From Candidatus Omnitrophota bacterium (GTDB taxonomy: Bacteria > Omnitrophota > Gorgyraeia > Zapsychrales > Zapsychraceae): a DNA stretch of 64,000 nucleotides. A program made the position numbers and the translations under genes. Below are positions 8,246 through 17,595 of the stretch, piece after piece. The stretch lies in assembly GCA_015233405.1 (NCBI GenBank), contig JADFXT010000002.1, forward strand, positions 132,451 to 196,450, read 5' to 3'. A model generated the notes under the pieces. The model was not told where the DNA came from. It saw only the letters and a list, made by a program, of their open reading frames with translations, and searched no databases. Position 1 is the stretch's first letter. Every line of letters begins with the position of its first letter.

Positions 8246-9787
8246 TTAGAACCTTGAATTATCATCAAAACGGGTCATTTCTCTATTAACGGCACTAAGT
8301 TTAGTTAATGGGCTTTGTTCGCGAACGATGCGTGGGCGAACAGATTCATTACGCTCAAGGTCTTCCTGGACAATATGAGGCGTAATAAAAACAATAAGCT
8401 CCCTTTGTTTTTCCTCAGTATCTTTGTGTTTAAATGCCCATCCGACGATGGGGATTTGGCTTAAAAGCGGGACTTTTGTATTTACGTTGGAACTGTCATT
8501 TCTTAAAAGACCCGCAATAATAACAGTGTCTCCATCTTTAATGCGAAGAAGGGATTTCGATCCCCGCTCTTCTGTATCAAAGAATGTTGTATTATTAAAA
8601 GTTCCTCCTTTTGAAGCTTGAATGACTTTTGGTTCAACCGCCAATGTAATTTCTTTGGTTTGAACATTAGCCTGAGGTGTGACTCTTAAGAAAACCCCTG
8701 TCTTAGCGCGCTCTGCTGAGACGTTGCTTTGTCCCACGTTGCCTGCTCCGGAGGTTGTTTGTGTCGTTCCAATAGCTTGGTCTGTTGCAATTTCAATTTC
8801 AGCGGTCTGATTATTAAGAGTAAGAATACGCGGCCGGGCAAGATTTTTAGTGTCTGTCTGTGTTCTTAAGAATTGCAGCATATAAGTCAGGCCGCTAAAA
8901 TTAATGGCGGCTGTTGTGGCGTTACTGCCGCCAGATCCTCCTGCGACATAACTTATTGGGTCAGCCCCATCAGCAATGGCTTTTTTGGATTCAAAAGGAG
9001 CATAGCTGGATTTTTGAGCTCCGGTGAAAGTTAATGGTGTGTCCCCCCATTTAAGCCCGATAAGCTCCGTGGAATCTTTTGTCACGTCCAGCATTTCTAC
9101 TTCAATAAGGATTTGAGGGGTCCGAATATCTAATCGGGCAAGTGTCTGCTCGATAGATGGGAAAACATCTGGAATATCGGTAACAATAATACTATTGGTC
9201 CTTGGATCCTCAGTGAGGCTTCCGGATTTCGTCATTAAAGATTTTATAGCTGAAATAATGCCGCTGCCGGAGTTGGATCCGCCGGATTTTTTTTCGGAAC
9301 TGCCTTCGCTTCCTTGGGAAGACCCGGAGGATGAGCCGCCACCGCTAAAATCATTAATTTTTGCAGACGAGACTGACGCGAATTTTAGCGGATAAATGCG
9401 CGTTGTTAATTGTTGCTCGGGCTTTTCTTGTTTTTTGACAAGAAAGATGTTGCTGCCGGGCGAGATTTCATAGGTTAAGCTATTTGCCGACAAGATTTTT
9501 TCAAGGGCTTCTTCCACCGGGACTTTATCAAGGTATAAATTTATTTTCATATTGGAAATGCCGCTTGAGGCGATAAAATTCAATCCTGATTGTTGGGAGA
9601 AAATCTTTAAGATGTCATTTAAAGATGCATCCCTGAAATCCATGGAAATAGTTTTTTCATGGCCGTCAGGATAAATATATTGATCCACATTGGGAATTTC
9701 AAAGGCGATCGCAGCATTTGGGATAAAGAATCCTAATAGAATTGTTATAGCAAAGAATGCTGTTAAATAAAACATTTTTATTCTCAT
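8246..9787 (-). CDS. pilQ: secretin (PilQ/GspD family)
   Basis: I moved the start to the ATG at 9785-9787 (MRIKMFYLTAFFAITILL..., AAGGAGA upstream), which removes the overlap with the upstream gene. It has a signal peptide, N0/N1-like repeats and a G/S-rich linker (GGGSSSGSSQGSEGSS). The C-terminal secretin core includes VPLLSQIPIVGWAFK and RELIVFITPHIV. Confidence 0.85.
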   Translation of the reverse strand: MRIKMFYLTAFFAITILLGFFIPNAAIAFEIPNVDQYIYPDGHEKTISMDFRDASLNDILKIFSQQSGLNFIASSGISNMKINLYLDKVPVEEALEKILSANSLTYEISPGSNIFLVKKQEKPEQQLTTRIYPLKFASVSSAKINDFSGGGSSSGSSQGSEGSSEKKSGGSNSGSGIISAIKSLMTKSGSLTEDPRTNSIIVTDIPDVFPSIEQTLARLDIRTPQILIEVEMLDVTKDSTELIGLKWGDTPLTFTGAQKSSYAPFESKKAIADGADPISYVAGGSGGSNATTAAINFSGLTYMLQFLRTQTDTKNLARPRILTLNNQTAEIEIATDQAIGTTQTTSGAGNVGQSNVSAERAKTGVFLRVTPQANVQTKEITLAVEPKVIQASKGGTFNNTTFFDTEERGSKSLLRIKDGDTVIIAGLLRNDSSNVNTKVPLLSQIPIVGWAFKHKDTEEKQRELIVFITPHIVQEDLERNESVRPRIVREQSPLTKLSAVNREMTRFDDNSRF

Positions 9788-9800
9788 AAGATTCTCCTTT

Positions 9801-10274
9801 TTATGGTGTAATTGTCCAAGTTTTATCTTGATATAAAACCTCAATACCTGTTTTATGAATTTGTTTTATTTTTATTTCTGTTTTCTCATCCGAGTCAAGA
9901 ATGACGTCTCCGAGGCCAAGGATCTGATCGTTAATAATTGCTTGCGGCTTATCTGAGTTCCAAACAATTCCTGTAATCTTCAATTTAGGGGGCCTTTTTT
10001 CAACAGGAGGTTGAGAAACAGGTTGGATTTTGGTCGTAATGGAAGGCTTATTTCTGTTGTGCTCTTTTGGAATTTGTTTTATAGGGCTTACCTGTTCAAC
10101 CGGTTTTTTAGGAGGTTCAGGATGTTTTTGTTCAACCTCTTCTACTGGAAATCTGGAAATAAATGGATTTGGAATCACTGCATTTGCTGTTGAGTCAGTC
10201 GTCAGCGCTCTACTGTTCATAGAAAAAAAGAGCCCGATAAGGAATATGAGAGTTATGGTTAAATTCCTAATCAT
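9801..10274 (-). CDS. PilP-like pilus assembly protein (signal peptide, Pro-rich linker, small beta domain)
   Basis: It has an N-terminal hydrophobic signal and a Pro/Lys-rich linker (PEPPKKPVEQVSPIKQIP). The C-terminal stretch ITGIVWNSDKPQAIINDQILGLGDVI resembles the PilP/GspC beta domain. Its position between the pilO-like gene and pilQ supports the call. Confidence 0.45.
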   Translation of the reverse strand: MIRNLTITLIFLIGLFFSMNSRALTTDSTANAVIPNPFISRFPVEEVEQKHPEPPKKPVEQVSPIKQIPKEHNRNKPSITTKIQPVSQPPVEKRPPKLKITGIVWNSDKPQAIINDQILGLGDVILDSDEKTEIKIKQIHKTGIEVLYQDKTWTITP

Positions 10275-10899
10275 TTTTTAGTCTCACAGAAGTAATGTTG
10301 ATGTTAAACCTCATGGCTTCTTGCCCTTGTGAGGGGTTTAACTCCCCTCCCCATCGGTCTACTCGAAGGGCATACTTGGAGTTTTCTATGTTATGGATGA
10401 ACCTGACCATGGCGGTGTAGTCTTTGGCTGTCACGGTAATGCCCACATTTATTGTTTGCCATAGATCAGAATTCTTTTCTTCTGCTGGCGAAAAGTTTGT
10501 GATTTGAACTTTATTTTGAGCCGCAATGTCTGACAATGTATCTAAAAGCTCGTAACTAGGAATTCCTTGCGGGAAGTTTTTTATAAAATCGTCATGGCTT
10601 TTTTTTGTCTCGGTATACTCAGTGATAACGCTTAATAATTTTTCTTCTTGCGCGATTTCATTGGTTAACAGATCGGCTTTTTGTTTGTGACTATAGAAAA
10701 AATGCAAAGCCATAAAGATTGTTATAATAATGATAACCGATTTAATAGCTGAATCAGGATTAGACAGAATAAATTCTTTGATCTGTTCCGGGTTAATGTT
10801 TTTTAGGTTTTCCGGATTAAGATATTCTTTCAGCTGTTCAACATTGATTGAGTTGAGCTTTGCCAAAAAATTTGTGCTGGACGATTTTGTCGGTTTCAT
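10267..10899 (-). CDS. PilO-like pilus assembly protein
   Basis: 210 aa with a single TM helix (AIKSVIIIITIFMALHFF), then a coiled-coil segment and a ~100-aa alpha/beta domain. It sits at the canonical pilO position. Confidence 0.5.
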   Translation of the reverse strand: MKPTKSSSTNFLAKLNSINVEQLKEYLNPENLKNINPEQIKEFILSNPDSAIKSVIIIITIFMALHFFYSHKQKADLLTNEIAQEEKLLSVITEYTETKKSHDDFIKNFPQGIPSYELLDTLSDIAAQNKVQITNFSPAEEKNSDLWQTINVGITVTAKDYTAMVRFIHNIENSKYALRVDRWGGELNPSQGQEAMRFNINITSVRLKND

Positions 10900-10908
10900 A
10901 GTTTTTAT

Positions 10909-12432
10909 TTACCTGCAACTAATGGAAAAGCGGGTTACGCTATATTTTTCTGCTTTTTCTGCTTGGGCGTTTAGTAATATGATCCTTTCAAAATGATCAG
11001 CAAAGGTTTTATTTTCTTTAACGGTATTTAGGAATTTGTTGACTAATCGAAACTGTTCGTTGGCTTCTTTGGCATAGGCAAGCCCGGTCAGGCTTATGTT
11101 AGGGCTTGGCAAAGAGTTTCTTTGTATGTAATCAATGCTGAGGTTGGTAAGCCAAACGCTTTTTGGAAGCATTTGGGGAATGGCCGTTAGAAGATATGAA
11201 ATCTCACTTTTTATATAAACGCCTTGAATAGAAGAAAGCTTGTCTTTAAGCTCTTTATTTTTTCCCTCTAAAGATGTGCTGCTAGCTCCTTCATAAGTTC
11301 CGATTTTTTCTTTTAATACAGCTAATTTATTTTTCTCTTTTTCAATTAAAGCGTTAGAAAGCAGTGGTGACGCGATGAGAATTGTGGCGCAGATAGCAAC
11401 AACCGGCAATAAAGATTTAATATCAATGCTTTTAAAAGCTGTTTTCATATAAAAATCTGGAGCTTGCTGTTTTTTGCCGGAAAGATCAAAGCTTGCATTA
11501 GAAGGAATTTCTTTATGCAAGTTGATGCCTAGAGCGTTTAAGTATCCGATTTTTTTAGATCCAGGGATTAACAAGGTTTCGCTGTTGATGTAAACGACAT
11601 CAATCTCGAGGCTTTCTTGCAGTTTTTTAGCCAGAGTCTCTTTATCGGAAGACGTGAGGAAAATAATTTGGTCAATTTCCTGAGGGTTCCCGATGCGATT
11701 AAAATAGTCTAAAGAAATCTGGATTTCATTAAGAAGCCGCGTCGTGATGGCTTCTGGAGAAATTTCTTCTTGGTCTGAGGATGCGATTCGCAAATTAAAA
11801 TCCCGGACAAACTGGGGAATCCCGTCAGCAATAATAGTGATTTTTCCGTATTCCTCTTCTTTTTCAACAATAGCATATTGCTCTTTGGGAAGAGCCTTAT
11901 TTCTAAAGCGCAATGTTCTTAAGAGGCATGTCGGGGTAGGTTCGACAATGTCAACAGTTAAGGACGCCTCAGTTAAAATGCGTTTATAGTTCTCCAGCGT
12001 AGACTTTTTGATAGCAACAAAGATAATGCGGAGTCTTTTAATGCCGTTTTGAGTAATAACAATTGGATAAAAAGTATAAGATAGCTCGTTTAAAGAAAAC
12101 GGTAAATATTTTACCGCTTCAAATTCAACCACTTTTTGTGTCTCATTGGGCGGCATCCAAGGAATAGTAAAAGTTCTGAAGATGATGTCTTTTGTCGGAA
12201 GAGATAAGTTGATCGTAAAATTTGTAATATGGTGTTCTTTAAGGGCTTTCTGGATATCGATAACAAGGCGTTTCTCTTCTTCCGGACTATTGTCTTTAAT
12301 AGGGATAAGACCATGGGGATTTTCTCCTTTAATGGGAACACTAAAAAATCGCAGGCTCTCTTTTCCGGCGCTTTCAGAAAAATATAGCTCTGTGTCTCCC
12401 CAAAAAAGTCCTAATTGTTTTACTCCAGACAT
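10909..12432 (-). CDS. PilM-PilN fusion protein (actin-like ATPase fold + TM/coiled-coil PilN-like tail)
   Basis: 507 aa. The first ~330 aa have the length and pattern of PilM (FtsA/actin-like). They are followed by one TM helix (LLPVVAICATILIASPLL), a coiled coil and a ~120-aa periplasmic domain, as in PilN. No separate pilN ORF is present. Confidence 0.6.
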   Translation of the reverse strand: MSGVKQLGLFWGDTELYFSESAGKESLRFFSVPIKGENPHGLIPIKDNSPEEEKRLVIDIQKALKEHHITNFTINLSLPTKDIIFRTFTIPWMPPNETQKVVEFEAVKYLPFSLNELSYTFYPIVITQNGIKRLRIIFVAIKKSTLENYKRILTEASLTVDIVEPTPTCLLRTLRFRNKALPKEQYAIVEKEEEYGKITIIADGIPQFVRDFNLRIASSDQEEISPEAITTRLLNEIQISLDYFNRIGNPQEIDQIIFLTSSDKETLAKKLQESLEIDVVYINSETLLIPGSKKIGYLNALGINLHKEIPSNASFDLSGKKQQAPDFYMKTAFKSIDIKSLLPVVAICATILIASPLLSNALIEKEKNKLAVLKEKIGTYEGASSTSLEGKNKELKDKLSSIQGVYIKSEISYLLTAIPQMLPKSVWLTNLSIDYIQRNSLPSPNISLTGLAYAKEANEQFRLVNKFLNTVKENKTFADHFERIILLNAQAEKAEKYSVTRFSISCR

Positions 12433-12459
12433 ATTTGAACCCTCATAATGGTCTTGTTT

Positions 12460-12645
12460 TTATCCTGATTTTGATGCTTTTATTGCTTGAGACCTAAGCC
12501 ATTTGTCTACTTCTTTTTTATCAAACCGCCAGACCCCGCCTATTTTAATCCCAGAAATTTTTCTTTGATTAAGCCAGTTATAAATGGTTTGTTTTTGAAG
12601 TTTTAAATATTTTGCTAAATCGTCGACGTCTAAGAGATTTTTCAT
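12460..12645 (-). CDS. small helix-turn-helix DNA-binding protein (excisionase/MerR-like HTH_17 type)
   Basis: 61 aa: DDLAKYLKLQKQTIYNWLNQRKISGIKIGGVWRFDKKEVDKWL, the typical HTH_17 pattern. It is the first gene of the pilM-to-pilin gene string. Confidence 0.7.
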   Translation of the reverse strand: MKNLLDVDDLAKYLKLQKQTIYNWLNQRKISGIKIGGVWRFDKKEVDKWLRSQAIKASKSG

Positions 12646-12939
12646 TTTTGTTTTTTATCCTGACTTTTAAAATAAATAGCAATTGTCGTCAAGATTTCTC
12701 CAGGGAGAATAAAAATTGGCTTTATAATTTGTTCAAACAGAATGATTTACAAATTCAAGACCACTTATTATATAAAGAATTAGTTCCGTTTATAAAGCAC
12801 TTACCTAAACTTAATTAAACTATAATAAACTTACTTTGTCAATAATTTTATAACTTACTTTATTTTCAAGAGTTACAGCTTTTTTGGGTTATATTTCTGA
12901 GGTGAGAATTAAAATGATTTTTTTTGTCGACGGGAAGAA

Positions 12940-13278
12940 TTAATAATCAACGTTAATAGTGAGATTTTCGCTGATTTTATTGTCGAACGCGGTGTTGATA
13001 GAAAAGGTGGTTCCATCAATGGTTTCTGTCAGGGGATTCCCTCCTGAATAAAGGATGGCATTATTGGTGGCGAGAACGGAATAGGAATAGTCCAGAGCTC
13101 CCATGGCCAATGTTTCTGCCTGAATCCTTTTGACTTCGGATTCAACGGAGGTGACTTGAGAGGTATTAATGCTAATAATGCTAATGACCAAAATCATCAT
13201 GACAATAATAACAGAGACAACAAGGATAAAAACAACCCCTTTTTCGTTTTCTTTTAGTTCTTTAAGGTTTCTTAACAT
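12940..13278 (-). CDS. membrane-anchored hypothetical protein, PilX-N-like N-terminus
   Basis: 112 aa. EKGVVFILVVSVIIVMMILVISIISI resembles the PilX_N-type anchor (charged residue, Gly, long hydrophobic helix) but lacks the canonical GFTLxE motif. Confidence 0.35.
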   Translation of the reverse strand: MLRNLKELKENEKGVVFILVVSVIIVMMILVISIISINTSQVTSVESEVKRIQAETLAMGALDYSYSVLATNNAILYSGGNPLTETIDGTTFSINTAFDNKISENLTINVDY

Positions 13279-13284
13279 GGAGTC

Positions 13285-13509
13285 TTAATCGCTTTCTCCT
13301 ATATAACTTTTACATTGTGGACATTGTTGAGCGGCTTTTTCATTATAAACAGAAAACATGAATGTGCAATAAGGGCATTGTTTCAGCTGTTTAGAATCAA
13401 TTATAAAGCGCTCCGCCTTTTCTTTATAAAATAGCCAGAACATAAGAATAAAGAAAATAGGAACTGTTACTGCCGTTAATATAAATATACTAACATTTAG
13501 TTTTAGCAT
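13285..13509 (-). CDS. small membrane protein with C-terminal zinc-ribbon (CPYC...CPQC)
   Basis: 74 aa with an N-terminal TM helix and two CxxC pairs 19 residues apart. Confidence 0.5.
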   Translation of the reverse strand: MLKLNVSIFILTAVTVPIFFILMFWLFYKEKAERFIIDSKQLKQCPYCTFMFSVYNEKAAQQCPQCKSYIGESD

Positions 13510-13519
13510 TTTACAGGAG

Positions 13520-13960
13520 TTAATGCAAGTTCAAAGGTTGATAAGATTCCGGTTCCTCTATCCCCAGTTTTTTTAGAATTTCGGTTTTATCGGCTTTAGG
13601 ATTCTCTCGCTCTTTTAAGAAGGAAGACTTTATGATGTGTTTCTGACCAGGTAAAAGATTTCCATTTGAAAATGATGGCTTACGAACATCCGTGTCTGCA
13701 ATAGAAACATTAGGATCTTTAATGATGTTGTTGGGGACGTTCTGAGATTCTTCAATATTTACCTTCGATATTTTTTTTGAGCCCACAGGCAATACATCCC
13801 TTTGTTTTAAAATGGCGCCGAGAAAAATAAGATTCGGCCTTAAGGAAGAAGCGCGGACGGAGAATGTGAGGATGAAAAGGCTGAAAATTATTAAATGGAT
13901 AAAGAGTGATGTTAAAAGAGATTTATGATAAAGAGAATTAATTTTGAAGGTTTCAGCCAT
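13520..13960 (-). CDS. TonB/TolA-like membrane anchor protein (short; no recognisable C-terminal TonB domain)
   Basis: The single N-terminal TM helix carries the SxxxH signature (TSLFIHLIIFS) used by TonB/TolA to couple to ExbB/TolQ. It lies immediately downstream of exbD/tolR. The rest of the protein is low-complexity and charged. Confidence 0.45.
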   Translation of the reverse strand: MAETFKINSLYHKSLLTSLFIHLIIFSLFILTFSVRASSLRPNLIFLGAILKQRDVLPVGSKKISKVNIEESQNVPNNIIKDPNVSIADTDVRKPSFSNGNLLPGQKHIIKSSFLKERENPKADKTEILKKLGIEEPESYQPLNLH

Positions 13961-13966
13961 GGCTTT

Positions 13967-14365
13967 TTATTGGTTTGTGGCAATGTTGATTTTTTCTATT
14001 CCGGAATTTCGGCATAGGTTCCAAATATCGACGACACGTCCAACCGAAGAGCGGCGATCTGCTTTAATCAAAAGAGATCGGTTTTTCTTTTGGACTTTGC
14101 TCAGGTTTTTTTGGAGTTCTTTAAACGTGGAAATTTTTCCATTGAGATAAATAACGTTCTCGCTGGTGATGGTCACGACCACGTTTTCTTCTTTAAGTAC
14201 GTCGCTGGTGATGGCTTTCGGGAATTTGACATTCATGCCGCGTTCAAAAGTCAAAGAGAATGAAAAGAGGAAAAATATCAGCAACAGAAGTGCGACGTTG
14301 ACGATGGCGGCGAGATTAATTTGTTCAGAGGCGTATTCCAGTTTTTTATATTTCTTGAATTGCAT
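13967..14365 (-). CDS. biopolymer transport protein ExbD/TolR
   Basis: 132 aa. The N-terminal TM helix is preceded by INLAAIVNVALLLLIFFL, and the periplasmic domain shows the typical ...VVVTITSENVIYLNGK...LLIKADRRSSVGRVVDIW pattern. Confidence 0.8.
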   Translation of the reverse strand: MQFKKYKKLEYASEQINLAAIVNVALLLLIFFLFSFSLTFERGMNVKFPKAITSDVLKEENVVVTITSENVIYLNGKISTFKELQKNLSKVQKKNRSLLIKADRRSSVGRVVDIWNLCRNSGIEKINIATNQ

Positions 14366-14385
14366 ACTTGAACAACCTTATGATT

Positions 14386-15042
14386 TTAATTAGAAGTCCC
14401 GGTTATTTGGCAGATAAAATTTACCAGCTCCGTGGCTGTGCGCTCCATATCGAGGACAAAATGATTCACGCGATTGACATAGTAATTATAAAATGTGAGC
14501 GCCGGGATGGCGACGATCAATCCCGCGGCGGTCGTGATGAGGGCTTGTCCTATTCCTCCGGCGAGATCCTCGATTGTGACAGGGCTCAGGGCCGCGGATT
14601 TTACTTCAATCGTATGAAAACAAATGACCATGCCGGTCACTGTTCCTAAAAGTCCTAATAAGGGGGTGATTTGCGCAATGGTGGATAAGGCGCCGAGGCG
14701 GCTTTCGAGTTTTGGGATTTCAAAAAGACTTACCTCTTCTATGCTTTGGGTGATCTCTTCTTTCGATGACCCGAATTTTCCTAGACCGGCTTTTAGGATT
14801 TTGGCGATGGGCGAATTGGCGGTCTCGCAAAGCAAAATGGCGTCGGGAATCTTATTTGTTTTGATGAGGTTAAAGATTTTTGTCTTAAGTTCTAAGATGT
14901 TTGTTTTGATGCTGTGGAAATAAAGCATTTTTTCTATGATGATGGCCAGCGCAAAAAAAGAACATAACAGAATGGGCACCATGATGGGCCCGCCGAGAAA
15001 GATCACTTTCCAAAAATTCATTTCCCCCATTTCGCCGTTCAT
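14386..15042 (-). CDS. MotA/TolQ/ExbB proton-channel protein
   Basis: 218 aa with three TM helices and the conserved C-terminal block TIAQITPLLGLLGTVTGMV...ALITTAAGLIVAIPA. The true start may be the internal MNFWKV. Confidence 0.85.
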   Translation of the reverse strand: MNGEMGEMNFWKVIFLGGPIMVPILLCSFFALAIIIEKMLYFHSIKTNILELKTKIFNLIKTNKIPDAILLCETANSPIAKILKAGLGKFGSSKEEITQSIEEVSLFEIPKLESRLGALSTIAQITPLLGLLGTVTGMVICFHTIEVKSAALSPVTIEDLAGGIGQALITTAAGLIVAIPALTFYNYYVNRVNHFVLDMERTATELVNFICQITGTSN

Positions 15043-15053
15043 TAATTAAAGCC

Positions 15054-17540
15054 TCACTTTTTCTGGCCGACGTTTTCCTTGATCCAGTCCAAACGTTCTT
15101 TGGCGAATTTGGATTCGTCGGTCTGAAGGTTGATGATTTTATTATAAATGGTCGTTGCCTCCTCCCACTTCTCCGCGTCTTCAAATATCCGCCCGATGCG
15201 CAAATATGCTTTGACAATCCAGCTGACGGAGTTCTCGTAGAGATAAGGGATTTTTAAATATTCTTCAATGGCTTTGTCTTGCTGATTGGAGATCTGATAA
15301 GCGTCGGCGATGTTAAATTGGATCTCCGGATTTTCCGTCTGGCTTAAGCCCTTTTCAGCTTGCAATGCTTTTTGATAAAACTCAATGGCCTTTTGATAAT
15401 CGTTCGAATTTTTATAAACCTCGGCGATTTTGCTGTAAGCGTCGCGTTTAAATTCAGGAGAGGAGTTAATAATGTTCTGATAAGTTTCAATCGCTTTCTG
15501 CGGGTCGAGGTCTTTGGAGAAAATATTGGCGATAATAAGGCTCGCCTTGGCGAACAAGTTTTTGTCTTCCCTATTAATGCTTTTTAAGATGTTAATGGCT
15601 TCTCCGAATTTGTCCGACGATTGATACGCCTGACCGAGCTGATAGCGAATCAAATTGACTTTGTCGCTGTTCGGGAATTTGGCAATAAAATCGGTATAAT
15701 ACGTGATAGCTGTATCAAAATCATGGGTTTCGAAATAATAATCCCCAAGCCAGATGAGGGCATCTTGGGTGATTTCCGTTATCGGAGAAGTCTCGACCAG
15801 GGCCTTGAATCGCCGCACCGCTTCTTTAGAGTCCTTCATCTTATAATAACACTTGGCGATGTTGATCAAGGCTGTCTGAATGAGCTCGACTTGGTTGGTA
15901 TAATTTTTGATAATAGCGTCAAAACTTTTAAGGGCCTCGCCGTAGTTTTCGAGATTGTACTCTGAAAGCCCTAAAATCGAATAAGCCTCGGGTAAGAATT
16001 CATGTGTTCGCGGGCTGATTTTAATAAATTCCATGACTTGTTCTTTTGCTGCTTTCCAATCTTCCTTCTTAAAGTAAGCTACTGCCAAGTAATATTTGCT
16101 GTCCGTGATGTATTTGCTGTCCGGAAAATTGGTCTGAAGGCCTTGGAAGGACAAGGCCGCCGCGTCGATCTTATCCATCTTCAAAAGCGCGATTCCTTGA
16201 CGGTATTGCACGTAATCTGTATAAGGGTTCTTCGGATAATCACTCAAGAGTTTGTCGTAAATCTGAAGAGCTTCGTCTAATTTGTTAGTGTCTTGATAAG
16301 CGTCGCCGATTTGGACCATGGCGCTGATTTCCACCGTCGGACTATGCGCTTTACTCTTGATGGTTTCAAAGGTTTTGACGCTAGAGGCCAGATCATTAGA
16401 TTTAAAATAAGACCAGCCTAACCCGAAATATGCTTTCTCCAGAATGTCCTCGTAATCCTTATTGTCCTGGAATTTGTCAATCAAGGCCTGATAAGCCTTG
16501 CCCGCGTCGGGATATTTCTCCATCTGATAAAGAATATTGGCTTTCCCCAGATAAGCCTCGGGAAGCCGCTGGCTTTGAGGAGCGTTCTCGATAAGGTCTG
16601 AGTATGCTTTAAGTGCCAGGGCCTGCTCTCCTGTTTCGGAATAAAGGGTCGCTTGTCCTAAGAAAACATCGTCGGCAGCAATCCCTTTTTCTTGAGCAAC
16701 CTTAAGCGCTTGGTCGAAACTGTCTTTCGCCAAATTGGTTTTTCCTAATTTTAAATAACTCCATCCCATGCTCACCTTAGACATAACAATAAGTTTGTCG
16801 TCATAAGCCAGATCCGCGGCCTTGGCATAATAGGTGATGGCGGTTAAATAGTCTTCCAGATTATACCGGGATTCCGCCATATAAAAATACGCTTGCGCCT
16901 GACGGCTGGACTGAGGATAGGTCTGGAGATATTTTTCAAAATTTTGTTCGGCGTTTTTATAATTCTGGAGATTGAATTCAATTTCGCCAAGTTTAAAAGC
17001 GGCGTCTTCGGTCAATTGATGCGCCGGGAACAAAAGAATGAGTTTCGAGAAGAATTCTTTAGCCTGGTCAAATTTGTTTTGATCAAAATAGGTCCAACCT
17101 AAGGAATAATAGGCTTGAGGCGTATAGGCCGAGGTCGGAAAGACTTCGATGAGCTGGCGGTATTCTTGTTCCGCTTGCTTATAGTCCGCGCCTTTCAGAT
17201 AAGTCTCGCCGAGCCAAAAAAGCGTGGCGTCTTTAAATTCTTGATACGGCAAGAGGCTTTGAAAGACATCATAGGCTTTTAGATACTGGGCTTTAAAGAA
17301 ATAACATTGGCCCAGTAATAAGTTGGCTTGCACGCGCTTGTCCGTCTGGGGATAGTCGGTTAGAAGCTGATTGATGTAGCGCATGGCTACATCATAGAAG
17401 CCGTCTTCAAAGGCTTTCTGGGCGATGGAAAAGACCTCGCCTTCCTTCTCGTTTTGGGCCCAGGAAATCGGATGGCTTAATAATAAGAATATTAATACTA
17501 AAAAAATTATTTTTCGGATTGTCCTTCTGGGGAAAATCAT
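15054..17540 (-). CDS. secreted multi-TPR protein (about 10 YbgF/CpoB/BamD-like TPR units)
   Basis: It has a signal peptide (IIFLVLIFLLLSHPISWA|Q). The body repeats ~70-aa units of the form A...F..L...YP.S.....A.Y.LG..Y, e.g. LLTDYPQTDKRVQANLLLGQCYF, LIEVFPTSAYTPQAYYSLGWTYF and YLQTYPQSSRQAQAYFYMAESRY. Confidence 0.7.
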   Translation of the reverse strand: MIFPRRTIRKIIFLVLIFLLLSHPISWAQNEKEGEVFSIAQKAFEDGFYDVAMRYINQLLTDYPQTDKRVQANLLLGQCYFFKAQYLKAYDVFQSLLPYQEFKDATLFWLGETYLKGADYKQAEQEYRQLIEVFPTSAYTPQAYYSLGWTYFDQNKFDQAKEFFSKLILLFPAHQLTEDAAFKLGEIEFNLQNYKNAEQNFEKYLQTYPQSSRQAQAYFYMAESRYNLEDYLTAITYYAKAADLAYDDKLIVMSKVSMGWSYLKLGKTNLAKDSFDQALKVAQEKGIAADDVFLGQATLYSETGEQALALKAYSDLIENAPQSQRLPEAYLGKANILYQMEKYPDAGKAYQALIDKFQDNKDYEDILEKAYFGLGWSYFKSNDLASSVKTFETIKSKAHSPTVEISAMVQIGDAYQDTNKLDEALQIYDKLLSDYPKNPYTDYVQYRQGIALLKMDKIDAAALSFQGLQTNFPDSKYITDSKYYLAVAYFKKEDWKAAKEQVMEFIKISPRTHEFLPEAYSILGLSEYNLENYGEALKSFDAIIKNYTNQVELIQTALINIAKCYYKMKDSKEAVRRFKALVETSPITEITQDALIWLGDYYFETHDFDTAITYYTDFIAKFPNSDKVNLIRYQLGQAYQSSDKFGEAINILKSINREDKNLFAKASLIIANIFSKDLDPQKAIETYQNIINSSPEFKRDAYSKIAEVYKNSNDYQKAIEFYQKALQAEKGLSQTENPEIQFNIADAYQISNQQDKAIEEYLKIPYLYENSVSWIVKAYLRIGRIFEDAEKWEEATTIYNKIINLQTDESKFAKERLDWIKENVGQKK

Positions 17541-17546
17541 GAAAAT

Positions 17547-17574
17547 ATTGTAGCAGGTTTATGTTGTTTTGCAA
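17547..17574 (-). promoter_or_regulatory. candidate sigma70 promoter of the TPR-tolQR operon; predicts a leaderless or near-leaderless mRNA
   Basis: Minus strand: TTGCAA (17569-17574), 16 nt, TACAAT (17547-17552). Only 6 nt separate the -10 element from the ATG at 17538-17540, and there is no Shine-Dalgarno sequence. Confidence 0.35.
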
Positions 17575-17595
17575 TCTTCAACTAGGGAAAAAATA

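Noticed and set aside
12460-12645. The excisionase-family HTH as a marker of a prophage or integrative element.
   Set aside because: There is no integrase, recombinase, att-like direct repeat, tRNA gene or phage gene anywhere nearby. The gene sits at the head of the pilus operon, so a plain regulator is more likely.
14885-15217. The 110-aa ORF overlapping the end of the TPR gene and the start of exbB; ORF 22315-22731 inside panC; ORFs 12111-12341, 17928-18116, 18757-19080, 26911-27366, 45852-46037 and 48060-48263.
   Set aside because: They are out-of-frame same-strand ORFs nested in well-supported genes, with Arg/Ser-rich compositions typical of off-frame translation.
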